Shown here piece by piece: positions 43,200-56,684 of a stretch of DNA of 64,000 nt; within the stretch, counting starts at the first letter, position 1; each line of letters begins with the position of its first letter. The translations under genes and the position numbers were made by a program. The DNA is from Octopus vulgaris (Eukaryota), in the NCBI GenBank assembly GCA_951406725.2, contig OX597827.1:82088001-82152000 (forward strand), written 5' to 3'. A model generated the notes under the pieces. It was not told the DNA's origin, ran no database searches, and worked only from the letters and a program-made list of their open reading frames with translations.

Positions 43200-44033
43200 T
43201 TAAAGAAAAAGTCATTATTTTTACTTCAATGCATACATATAAGTAACGTCACATATATATATACACTCATAAACACAGATGATGTGTATATATTACTGTG
43301 TGTATATTATGTGTATATATATATATGTGGTGTGTGTGTGTGTATGTAGTTACATAGTGATATTATCTTTTCTATCCACCTCTGACTCATATATTTTGTT
43401 ACTCTTTCTGCCTCTCAAACTTGTTATATATCACTTTGTCTTTGCCTACAATATCACGTATCTCAATTTCTTTATCTCACAATATAACTCTGTGTATGTA
43501 TATATATATATATACACACACAAACACACAGACGTATATATACATATGTATGACATATGTGTGTGTATGTGAATGACTGTATATCTATCTTGTCTCTTTC
43601 TCTATCTATGTACCTATCATGTATGTATATACATGTGTGTGTATATACAGATGCACACCACCACGCAGTAACATATGATATCAGTTCGTCTTCCCCAATA
43701 ATTTATCAGGCAAGACATAACAACATAAGAAAACAAGAATAATTCAAAGAGGAAGAGCGGGAGATGGCGAGAGAGAGGAGGGTGACAATGACAGCGGGGG
43801 TGGGGGTGGGGGGGTGAGGCGGAATAATACATAAAAATATATATAAGAAAAAAATAGGAAGGTAGAACAAAAGGAGACCTCTACCGCCCCTCACCCCCCC
43901 ACCCTCTAGCACCAGTATCTCAGCAATAACAATAACTACAACAACAACAAGAAGGGGAAAAGTGAATGCAAAGAAAAGAAGCATTGTAAGAAAAAATATA
44001 TATAAAAAAAAAGCAACATAAGTAGTTTTAGAC

Positions 44034-44046
44034 ATCATGATGATGG

Positions 44047-44077
<31 letters not shown>

Positions 44078-44128
44078 GGTGATGGTGATGATGATGGATG
44101 ATGATGATGATGGTGATGATGATGATGG

Positions 44129-44174
<46 letters not shown>

Positions 44175-44182
44175 GATGATGA
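44034..44182. repeat. (GAT/GGT)n microsatellite
   Basis: Direct reading. Confidence 0.95.
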
Positions 44183-44438
44183 TATATAAAGGTTGGGAAG
44201 CTGATGTTGGAGAATTATATAAAGTCATTATGTACATCTGTATGTACATGTTTATATGAGTAGCTACAGCTATATATATATATATATATATACATACCTA
44301 TGTAGAGACATATATATATGTATATGCGTGTGTGTACATGTCTATATATGCACGTATATATATATATATATATTTCGTATATTTCATATATATTGCAAAC
44401 ATATGGAAATAGTACTCAATGCATACAGTAGAGTTAAT

Positions 44439-44486
<48 letters not shown>

Positions 44487-44689
44487 AGTGTGTATTTATA
44501 TGTACATATATATATATGTATATATGAATATATATCTATGTGTGTGTATACATATATATATATATATATATACAATATATATACATATGAATATATATCT
44601 ATGTATGTATATATATATATATATTTATATATATCTATGTACGTGTATATATATATACTTATATATATATTCATATATATCTAAGTATG

Positions 44690-44734
<45 letters not shown>

Positions 44735-45072
44735 TTATATATATATTCATATATATATATGCTACAAGAAAACAGTAAAGAAATCAAAGAAAGAAGATGA
44801 AGGAGAAGAAGTCACAAAAAACCCTCAGAACAATATTTCTGAGAAATTGAGACAAAGAGAAGATTGGACGGTGTGTGTGGGTGGGTGGGTGGTGAGGGTG
44901 GTGAGGCAAGAGGCATAGAGATGCACCAAAGATCTTTATCTCAATACACAGAAATATTATCTATTAATGATAATATTTTTCATCTTCTCCTCCTTCCCTC
45001 ACCCAACTCACTCTCCGACACCTACAGCCACAGCCAACAGAGATCAATGGCACTTACTACACACACACACAC

Positions 45073-45154
<82 letters not shown>

Positions 45155-45293
45155 AATGATATAAGAATATACACATACATATATATAAATACTTACATAC
45201 ATACATACAGATATATATATATATGTATATGTAAATACATACATGCATATATATATATATATATATATACATGTATATATATATATTTAAGTG

Positions 45294-45349
<56 letters not shown>

Positions 45350-45445
45350 TATCTCCAAACATACGTATGTACCTGTGTACAGCCGTATGTCCACATGCTT
45401 ACAATATATGTATGTACATACAGCAACAACTACACTTGCACTCAT

Positions 45446-45481
<36 letters not shown>

Positions 45482-45903
45482 TTATATCTATCTACGCACA
45501 CACACACACGTGCGGTGAATGGTTCTAGATATTGTTCATTTTTTTTTCTTTACGTTCCTCTCTTGTCTTTGAATTCTTCTCCTCCACAATAGATTTCTTT
45601 CTTTTCTCTGTTGCCGTTTCCCGGTTTTTACTTGTAAGGTTTTATTGTAATTTTTGTGTTTCAGTCAGAGATGGCGCAGTGGTTGTGGCGGTGGTGGTGG
45701 TGGTGGTGGTGGGGAGAATAATGAAAAGATGATAGAATGGGGTGGGTGAGAAGGATGGTGGGGGTAGACATGCAGGTGGTGGTGGTGTGGGCGGGGGAAA
45801 GTAAGAAGAAAATAATAGTAATAATGTTATCGCTATTATATATATTATGTGTGTGTGTGTGTCTATATACATATGTGTGTCTGTGAAAATTATGTATATA
45901 TAA

Positions 45904-45935
<32 letters not shown>

Positions 45936-45936
45936 G

Positions 45937-45992
<56 letters not shown>

Positions 45993-46155
45993 CATAATTT
46001 TCACAGACACACATATATATATACACACACACACACATATATAAGTATACGTATCAAGAAAATAAAAGAAGGCAATAGGTGTGTTGAATGAGAAAAAATA
46101 ATTGACGATAAAGAATAGCAGAAAGGAAAAAAATATACAAGATGCATATATGTAC

Positions 46156-46200
<45 letters not shown>

Positions 46201-46265
46201 TATCGATATATACACATACTCGTGTGAAGAATGTCAGTAAAACATGTCATGACAAGAGACAGAGT

Positions 46266-46400
46266 GAAGAAGAAGAAGAAGAAGAAGAAGAAGAAGAAGA
46301 AGAAGAAGAAGAAGAAGAAGAAGAAGAAGAAGAAGAAGAAGAAGAAGAAGAAGAAGAAGAAGAAGAAGAAGAAGAAGAAGAAGAAGAAGAAGAAGAAGAA
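46266..46400. repeat. Pure (GAA)n tract of ~45 units
   Basis: Direct reading; uninterrupted. Confidence 0.97.
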
Positions 46401-46429
46401 GACAGTTAAAGGAAGTGAGATATGCTAAT

Positions 46430-46866
46430 AATGGTTTCAGATCTTGGCGCAAGACCAGCCATTTTTTTGAGGCGAGTAGAAAGTCAATGACTTCAACCCC
46501 ATTACATAACTGGTACTCCTATTATTGATCATGGAACGATGAAAGCTAAAGCTTGCCTTGGTGAAATTTGAACTCACGGCATAAAAAAGGGGAAGAAATG
46601 ATGCTAGCTCACTGCCTGGAATAATAATAATAATAATAATAACCTTTTTCTAGTATAGGAACAAGTCCTGACATTTTGGAGATGGAGTTAAGTCACTTGC
46701 ATTCACCCATAGTAATCAACTAGTACTTAATTTATCGACCCTAAAAGGATGAAAGACAGTGTTGACCCTGACAGAATTTGAACTCAGAATGTAAAGAGGG
46801 ACAAAATACCATAAAGCATTTTTTCCAGATTGCTTAACAATTCTGCCAGCTCACCACTACCACCAC

Positions 46867-46906
<40 letters not shown>

Positions 46907-47415
46907 AACAACAACAACAACAACAACAACAAGCACCATTTGAGCATGGCCGATGTCAGTGCCACCTGACTGGCACCTGTACCAGTAGCATGTAAAATAC
47001 ACCCACCACAATCTCGGAGTGGATGGCATTAGGAAGAGCATCCAGCTGTAGAAACTTTGCCATATCAAACTGGGGCTTGGTACACAGCCTCCTGGCTTGC
47101 CAGTCCTCAGTCAAACCGTCCAACCCATGCCAACAGTGAAAGCAGACGTTTAACAATGATGATGATGATGAATAACAATAGTAAAAGTAACAATAATGAT
47201 ATTGGTTTCAAATTTTGGCACAAGGCCAGTAAGTTCAGGAGGAGGAGGGCATAAGTCAGTTACATTGACTGGTACTTACCTTACTGACCCCAAAAGAATG
47301 AAAATTGGAGTTGACCTTGGTGGCATTTGAACCCAGAATGCAAAGACGGACGAAATTCTGCAAAGCATTTTACTCAGTGTGCCACCTTGTCTGCCAGCTT
47401 TCCACCCCAGAGAAC

Positions 47416-47449
<34 letters not shown>

Positions 47450-48320
47450 GTTCTGCATTTTGGTACAACGCCTGCAATCTGAGGGAGAGGGTAAGTTGAT
47501 TACATCGACCCCTATGGAGCTTATTTTATCAATCCCTTAAGAATGAAAAGCAAAATGGACCACAGCAGAATTTGAAGTCACAATGTAAAGTTAAAATAAA
47601 TGCCATTGAGCTCTTTTTCTGGAATGGTAATAATTCCGCCAGCTCAAGGCAGCAAGCTGGCAGAAACGTTAGCACGCCGGGTGAAATGCTTAGCAGTATT
47701 TCTGAGTTCAAATTCTGCCATGGTCAACTTTGCCTTTCATCCTTTCAGGGTCAACAAATTAAGTACCAGTTGCGTACTAGGATTGATCTAATTGACTGGC
47801 CCCTTCCCCCGAAATTTCAGGCCTTGTGCCTGGAGGAGAAAATAATTCTGCCAACTTGCCACATTAATATGAATAATAATCCTTTCTACTAAAGGCACAA
47901 GTCCTGAAATTTTTGCAGGAGGAGGACAGTCGATTAGATCGACCCAGTATGCAACTGGTACTTAATTTATCACCCTCAAATGGATGAAAGATAAAGTTGA
48001 CCGTGGCAGAATTTGAACTCAGAATGTAAAGATGGACAAAATGCCAGTAAGCATTTGGTCTGGTGTGCTAACAGTTCTGCCAGCTCACCACATTATTGTT
48101 ATAATTATGATAATAATTCTTTCCACCAAAGGCACAAAATTGGGGGAGTGGGTGAGTCAATTACATTGACCCCAGTACGCAACTGGTATTTAATTTATCG
48201 ACCCTTAAAGGATGAAAGGCAAAGCTGACCTTGGCAGAATTTCAACTCTGAACGTAGCAGCAAACGAAATACCTCTAAGTATTTTGTCTAGCATGCTAAC
48301 AATTCTGCTACCTCACTGCC
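46430..48320 (-). mobile_element. Cluster of ~7 family B SINEs (one inverted at ~47645-47845) plus a family C copy, separated by (AAT)n
   Basis: Repeated ggatgaaag...gacct..gcagaatttgaactcagaa...tctgccagctc units at ~46430, 46640, 47200, 47450, 47880 and 48115. Confidence 0.85.
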
Positions 48321-48326
48321 ATGAAC

Positions 48327-48376
<50 letters not shown>

Positions 48377-49869
48377 TGATGATGATGATGATGATAACAA
48401 CAACAACAACATGAATAACAAGAATGAAGGTGTAGATGATAATGAATCTGACCAAAATCTATAAACTGGAAGAAAATTGTCCAAGTGACAGATGTTGGCC
48501 GTTTTAATATTTTTGTGATTTCTCTTGTCTGTATTGTTGTTGTTGTTGTTGTTGGTGGTGGTGGTTCTTTTTGTTGGAGTGTAATGCTGTGATGGAGCAA
48601 TGGTGTGGTGATGGCGTTGATGGTGTGTTTGGTGTGGTGGTAATAATCCAGTGGTTTCATGGTAGTGGTGCTGGTGGTGGTGGCAGCAGCGGCAGTGGTG
48701 CTGCTGCTGCTGCTGCTGTGGGAGTGTAAAAGTGGAGGGAAACACTCAATTATTACTATAAGGAGGTCTAATAAGACCAAAACATATCTGCAGTTGTCTT
48801 CCCTATTTATTAAAATAATGAAATAATAATAGTCACTGAGATAATAATTGTCTTTGCCACATAATTATTTCTAATTATTTCTAATTGGAATTTTGATTAG
48901 TTCAATACATTCCCTAATGATATCCACATTTATTATGCATTTATTTTCTTTTTGTTATTGTAGAACTGAATATGTCAAGCTGGCAAAATTGTTAGCATTT
49001 TGGACAAAACGCTTAGCATTTCGAGCTCTGGGGGGAGGGGGTCAATGTAATTGGCTTCGCAGCCTGTCATAGAGTTTCAGGCCTTCTGCCTAAAGTATAA
49101 AATGTTGCGAGTGTGTTAGCTGGCTGGTCTGATGTGATGAGTGGTTGAGCGGAAGGATGAAGATATGCTTCTTGGACAGCAAAAGAAAGTAGCTGACAAC
49201 AACCACAAGCAATTAACACAAGATCTTATTATTGCACACAGAGTTTAAATATGTTGGTCTTTTACAAATAACAACAGCAAGATGCACATATTGGGAGAGA
49301 TGTACTGCTTGGAGTCTGTGTCAAGTTTATTGAAACAGCAACATGTGGCTGGCCCAACATAACTGGAAACAATTGTGCTGTGTTTGTGGTGGCAGAGATC
49401 CCTGTCGTCCATCTGCCATTTGTCTTAACCATCTTCCTGGGTCATTTGGCTGTGGCAAAAATGGAGACACATCAAGCAGCTGCCTCGACATTGTGCAATT
49501 ACCACCAGAAGCAGCCATTTTATAGGATACAAGCAGAAGATTCTTGAACCACACGATGGCAAGATGCTGACTGGTTGCTTAATGAACATATCATGTGAAA
49601 CTACAGTTGTTCAGTCTTGATGCATGACTGGTTACCTAATGGTTTGCTTTCAAATCACTGCTACAAAAGCCTGACTGACTGCATTGTCAGAATGTCTGTA
49701 AAATCCTTGGCATTATTTGTTCCCGTTATTTACATTCTAAGTCCAAAACATTCCAACACCAGCTTCGTCTTTCATCTTTCTGAGGTCACTAAGAAATAGG
49801 GAGCTGATGGTATCAACTAACCCCTGCCTTAAAACTTGCTGGCCTTGTTCCTTAATCAGAAACCATTAT

Positions 49870-50140
49870 TATGGAATCTCCAACATAGGGGTTCTTAGGC
49901 TGGTTCTTTTGCCCATCTTCTCTCATCTGGTCTCCATGTCGTTGCAGTCTTTATATGTCATGTGATTTTGTCTCACAAATACATGTGACCTGCCAGACAA
50001 AACCAATGCAGTCTCATGCTGTTTAGCATTTGTCAAGATTTGCTTTACAGAAGAATTTCGTTGTCTGTAATTCTGTTCAACCAAGTGACTCTATGGATGG
50101 TTTGTAGACACTGGCCATCTTCCCTGATATTTCACTATTA
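49870..50140 (-). pseudogene. Degraded RTE LINE 3' fragment
   Basis: Minus strand LAGHMYL...KTATTWRPDERR resembles GHxxR...WxPxGxR. Confidence 0.4.
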
Positions 50141-50186
50141 TATACACAACTAGCACATTATATATATATATATATATATATATATA

Positions 50187-50960
50187 GGTGCTGGTGTGGG
50201 TGTGTGGTATGAATCTTGTTTCTCAACTGCATGGCTCTGGGTTCAGTTCCACTGTGTCTTCTGCTATAGCAGTGGGTTGACCAAAGCCTTGAGAGTGGAT
50301 TTGGCAGATGGAAACTGAAACAAGCTCATCATGTATGTGTGTATGTGTATATATATATATAAATATATTTATATATAAAAACATAGTGAAGATGCATGGC
50401 TTAGTGTTTAGGGAGTTGCACTCACCATTGTGAGATCATGGGCTCAATTCCCAGACCGGGCATTGCATTGTGTTCTTGAGCCAAGCACTTCATTTCACGT
50501 TGCTCTGCAATCATTCCATCATCTGACATATGTCACTTAGTGCACCTGTGCAGGTAATGTCAATTTGGTGCAGGGAGTGAGCTTATGTGGACACAAACAA
50601 ATCATCTGTGTGGTTGTTTGACAAGAAATTGCCGAACCCTCATACATCATCTAACAAGGGGAGAGTTCATGATCTATATAAGTATATATATATATAAGCA
50701 CCATCCAAATGTGGTCGATGCCAGGTCTGCCTGACTGGCTCCTGTGCCAGTACCCCCTGAGTGATCCCTGTGCTGGTGGCATGTAAAAAGCACCCAGTAC
50801 ACTCTCAGAGTGGATGGCATTAGGAAAGGAATCCAGCTGTAGAAACTCTGCCAAACCAGATTAGAGCCTGATGCAGCCATTGGCTCTCCAGACCTCAGTC
50901 AAACCATCTGACCCATGCCAGCATGGAAAACGGACGTTAAATGATGATGATGATGATGAT
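50187..50960 (+). mobile_element. Family A SINE head followed by a SINE with a tRNA-like head and family C tail
   Basis: gtgtggtatgaatcttg...gggttcagttcc; gcatggcttagtg...gggctcaattcccag; tail gcatggaaaacggacgttaaatgatgatg. Confidence 0.8.
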
Positions 50961-51398
50961 ATATATGTGTGTGCATGTGTATTTGTGTGTGTGTGCGTTG
51001 CATATATGTATATACTTATATATAGCTACCTACCTACCTACATACATACATTATATATATATATACACACACACACACAGGTATTGTGTCTGGTGGTGAT
51101 GATGATGATGTTTCACAACATGATTGGGCATGTGATGTCTTGTTGTTAATTATTGTCCCCATTCATCCAAGCAGCCAAGTCAATAGAAAATAAGTTGACT
51201 CCCTGCATAATGAAACTGACCCCCTCTTCCTCCCCCTTTGCTATATTCATGCTTTTTCCCCATCTTTTATCTCTCCTTTGTTTCTTTTGCTTGCCTTTAT
51301 CAGCCTCAACGTCTTGTACAGGTGTCTTTATATCTCACAAATGTGTTTATAAGAATACATGTATCAATAAATTATTTGCATGGCTGCATATATATACA

Positions 51399-51432
<34 letters not shown>

Positions 51433-51501
51433 CACACACACACACACATATATATATGCATATATATATATATACAGACATATATACACACAAATGCACA
51501 C

Positions 51502-51540
<39 letters not shown>

Positions 51541-51939
51541 CATATAGATGGATAGAACTATTTATATAGATATTTATGTATACATTCATATGTATATAAT
51601 ATGTATGTACATACATATATGCAGCCATCCAAATAACATGTATATATATATATGCAGTCATCCAGATAACATATCTATATATGCAGCCATCCAAATATAT
51701 ACACACACACACACAAACATGTATGTACGTATGTATATATGTACGTATGTATGCATGCAACACTAGATATAGCTGTGTACTCTCTCTAATACATTACTCT
51801 TATTATATATTATGTATTTGCTTGTATTTCTTTTTTAATGACAGGTACAGAAGCAGAAGAGCGAAAAGGATAATGTATTTCTTGAGTTTGCAGATGTGGA
51901 GAATGGTTTTGATTGTGTCTTGAGAGAGAGAGAGAAAGA

Positions 51940-51991
<52 letters not shown>

Positions 51992-52479
51992 ATCTGAGGT
52001 TCGACTGGTTAGGGTAAAGCTGTTGACGTACAACAGAGTGTCTGGTTGTAAAGACAAGAGAGGGGGGGGCAATGGTGATGAGTCTGGTGTGAAGTTCTGA
52101 ATGCACCATGGATCAGTATTGAACCAACAACTGTTTGTTGCTGTGATGGAAGGGCAGGAGATTAACCATAGGAGGGTTAATAATGAAGGATCTGGATGGA
52201 TTGAAGGAGAAGAGGAGGAGGTGGAAATAAAAGTTATGAAGGTGAATTATCAGAAAGATGAAGATGATGGTAAATAGTGAAGCATGTGGTAAGATGGAGG
52301 GTGAGTGTGGGGCACAAGAAACATGTTGAAGTGGGTGCCATTAATCATCATCATCATCATCATCATCATGCCGAATTACTCTCTCTTCCACATGCCCGAC
52401 AGATATGATTAGTATGGTGTGTTACACCACCCCCAGAGGCCAGGTTGTCACTCATCTGTCTCGTTTTATGACTACGAAG

Positions 52480-52815
52480 ATGACAGATCTATGGCATTAA
52501 GTGATCTTGAAATATTGGAAGGCTCTCGGTGTGAAAGTATAGAAGCTCTTGTGTTAAAGCAAAGGCTCAGATGGAGTGGTCATCTGGTCAGGATGAAGGA
52601 TTCAAGGATGCCAAAACAACTCTTTTATGGAGAGTTGGCTAAAGGAGAACAACCTCCACATAAAACCAAAAAAGAAGTATAAGGAGTTGCTGAAGGCTTC
52701 CTTAAGAGATGCTTGCATCTCTCCTGACACATGGGAAGGCATAGCTATTGATCGTAGCAGATGGAGAAGGATTGTGCATGAGGGGACAGTCACTTTTGAG
52801 AAATCTCGTTCATAC
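52480..52815 (+). pseudogene. RTE (BovB-like) LINE ORF C-terminal fragment
   Basis: SIEALVLKQRLRWSGHLVRMKDSRMPKQLFYGEL, then after a frameshift YKELLKASL...TWEGIAIDRSRWRRIVHEG. Confidence 0.9.
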
Positions 52816-53370
52816 ATAACGTCTATATATGCCGTTTTCCCTATGTATGGTTAAAGGTAACAGAAAAAAACATAAGGAAGTATACAAAGCATAAAAACCA
52901 CGTTCATATACGGACATGCCCCTATGCACTCATACACACACACGCCCATATATGTACATACCCACACATATTTATATACGCATACATACACACGCATATA
53001 CAAAAAATGAATATACATATGTCCCCCCCACCAAGAAAAATGGAAAAATACGAAGTAAAAACGTCTATATATATATGTGCATTCTTATGCCCGCACGAAT
53101 CTATATACACATCTATATAGGACAGGAAAAAGTGCAGGATAGAAAAGTACAGAAAAAATTAATGTGTGAAAATATAAAAATATATATGAAATAATAAAAG
53201 GTATAATGAGATAAAAAACTTTTTGGAACATAATATAGAAAGCAAATTCTATCTGTTTTCTTTAGGGGACCAAAAACGTAACAAAAATTTAGTCACATGT
53301 GGGCATGAACCGAAAAGTTCTGTCCTTGAGTTTAGACATGTAGTAGGGTCTAAGCTGCTTTTCCAGATAA

Positions 53371-54276
53371 GCCATCCCTCCATCCAAGAAAAAAGCACTT
53401 TTTTCGGATAAAACCAAAAACTTATACCTGATAGATAACAGCATATATACACAACTCTTACACAACAGCATCATTAATAATTACACTAAGGCTAGGCCAC
53501 AGACATATAATGAAATTAATAAAGAAGCTAGCGTTATCACCGCTAAACTTAAATTAGATAAAAAAATAGAAGTCCTCCCCCAAAAAGAGGCCTTTATTAC
53601 AATTAAAGACCACAAAGAGAACTTCCTTTCCAACCCTAAATGTAGGCTTATCAACCCAGCTAAGTCAGAACTTGGGATTATTAGTAAAGAAATTTTAGAT
53701 AAAATAAATGCGAAAATTAAGACCGCTACTAGGCTAGTACAATGGTCCAATAGTATAGAAGTCGTAGACTGGTTTAAAGCCATTAAGAATAAGAAAAAAA
53801 CAAGGTTTACACAATTCGATATTGTTGATTTTTATGCCTCTATCTCTAAAGAACTGCTAGATAAAGCCCTCGTCTTCACTAGCGATTTCATAGAAATCAG
53901 TACAAATGATAAGGACATAATCTTCCATGCTAGAAAGACCTTATTTTTCAGTGAGAATGCAAAGCGGGTCAAAAATACCAACACAGAGGGTGCTTTCGAT
54001 GTGAGCATGGGGTCATATGATGGAGCAGGCATTTGCGATCTTATTGGATTTTTTCTCCTAGATACTTTAGGTAAGACATTTCCTGACGTATATTTTGCCA
54101 TCTACAAAGATGATGCCCCCGCTTTAACTGCTAATACAAATGGACCAGCACAGGATCGTTTTAGGAAGGATATTATCCAATTAATGAAATACTTCGGACT
54201 TAGTATAACTATAGATACTAACCTGACAGTTGTCAATTTCCTAGACGTTTCCTTAGATCTAAATAAGAATATTTAT
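53371..54276 (+). mobile_element. Penelope-like (Naiad-like) reverse transcriptase, stop-free fragment
   Basis: Frame +1 is open from 53371: [75 protein letters not shown], then it runs into (TA)n. The ORF track calls only the part from 54001. Confidence 0.88.
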
Positions 54277-54292
54277 AATTATAATATTTATG

Positions 54293-54426
<134 letters not shown>

Positions 54427-54577
54427 CATATATGTATATATATATACATATATGTATATATATATACATATATGTATATACATATATATATATATATATA
54501 CATACATGTATATATATACACACATATATGTATGTATATATATACATATATGTATGTATATATATATACATGTATGT

Positions 54578-54623
<46 letters not shown>

Positions 54624-55589
54624 CATATATATATGTACATACATATATATGTATATATATACATATATATATATATATATACATGTATGTATATATGTGT
54701 ATATATATGTATATATATATATATGTACATACATACATATGTATATACACACACACACATCAAGTGTGATTCAAAAGTTCTTAGTTTCAATACCAACAAG
54801 CTGACAACTCTGATCAGTTGACTCCCTAACTGTAAGTCTTATCTCCACCCCACACCTCACTTTATCTCCCATCATACCTCCTCCCCACATCAGTTATAGA
54901 TGCTGTTATAGTGTTAGTTATATACAGGCCCCTGTTATTATAGAGTCAGGTATATACATACACAGTGTCATTGTAGTATTATCTACATATACAGTTATTA
55001 AAGCGTCAACTACACACACATACACACACACACACTTACTCACGCACACACTGTCATTTTAGTGTCAGCTCTTATACACGAACACATGGTGCCATGCCAT
55101 TACAGAGCCAGTCCAATTTATGGCGTTGATCACAACCAGCTACGTAGGTAGAACATAAAGTCGTGCTTTTACAGTCAAATTTACAAAGAAAGGAAACACA
55201 AAGGCATTTATAACAATCCTTCCTGCTTTTATTCGCATTCATCTTGAAGAATATCATTTTTACTGATGTCTGCGCCTTTATTGTATTTCGTAATTGTTCG
55301 ACAAAAAGGTAGATTTATCAATGCAGTTTTTTCATCTCTCTTTTTTTGAACATATATATTTACTTACAAAGATATACACACATACATATATATATATATA
55401 TATATGATTGATAGATAGATATAGATAGGTAGATAGATAGATATTTGTATGTGTATAATAAAGTAATAACTTGCATTGTCATGATTCTGTTCGTTCTATA
55501 CCTGACAAGGAAATGGCAATAAAGCTTCGTTTCATAACAAAGGTAACAAAAAAAAAACGTGAAATATTTCTCATGGCAATTCATTGAAT

Positions 55590-55811
55590 CTTTCTTTTCT
55601 TTTTTCCCCCCAGATGTCAGGCCAACTATTGATACAACGGAATCAAACACAAACCATTCTTAACCGACATATAAACGTGCTTCATTACTGCAACTTCAGT
55701 CAAATGAAATCAATGCTATGCAATCCAATATGGCGACCACAAATCCAATATGGCCACTCCATATTGAATGTCACTTACAGTATCACATTAATATACTTAA
55801 ATGTTGATTGA
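55590..55811 (+). other. Candidate splice acceptor / exon
   Basis: tttcttttcttttttccccccag|atg at 55613/55614, followed by unique sequence. No recognisable protein and no clear donor. Confidence 0.25.
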
Positions 55812-55982
55812 CCACGTAGGGGTTCCTTTCTTCATTTCTGCATTCAGTACATCCAGTGTGTATACATACACACATATATACATACATATAATATATATAT
55901 ATACATATCACATACACACACACATACATATACATATGAATACACATACATGCACATACACATGTGTGTATGTTTATATATG

Positions 55983-56032
<50 letters not shown>

Positions 56033-56487
56033 CATATATATATATATATATATAAATATATGATGATCATCATCATCGTTTTAACATCCACTTTTCTATG
56101 CTTGCTTGGCTCAAATGCAATTTATTGTGGCAGATTTTCTATGGCTGGATGCTCTTCCTGGCATCAACCTTCATCTGTTTAAAAGGAAGGTAATTTTTAC
56201 TCTTTTTGCAAGCAATGTAATAATTTACCCTGGAAGTGAATGAAAATGACAGATATTGATATTCCACAATGGTTTCTGCACATTGGTGCCACATACTCGA
56301 TTCAACCTTGAAATGAATTCAAATCCCTGGTCTATAGTATTATGCAGGGAGCATAAAATTTATCTCCTGATGTGCAAAAGCATCACAAAAGTGAAACAAA
56401 ATTCAAGTTTTGTGTTAGAAGCAGTTGTATGATGTAAAAATCATCAATGCCACGTACTTAATGTGTGTTGTGAGATACATGTAGGCT

Positions 56488-56684
56488 GGAGGTGGCAAGC
56501 TGGCAGAAGTGTTAGCACACCGGGCGAAATGCTTAGCAGTATTTCGTCTGTCTTTAGGTTCTGAGTTCAAATTCCACTGAGGTCAACTTTGCCTTTCACC
56601 CTTTCGGATTTGATAAACGAAGTACTAATCAACTGGCCCCCTCCCCCAAAATTTTGAGCTTTGTACCTAGAGTAGAAAAGAATA
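56488..56684 (+). mobile_element. SINE family B
   Basis: ggtggcaagctggcagaagtgttagcacaccgggcgaaatgc...tagagtagaaaaga. Confidence 0.88.

Noticed and set aside
46430-48320. Regularly spaced repeats suggestive of a CRISPR-like array
   Set aside because: The units are ~200-bp diverged SINEs in a eukaryotic context, with no repeat-spacer structure and no cas genes.
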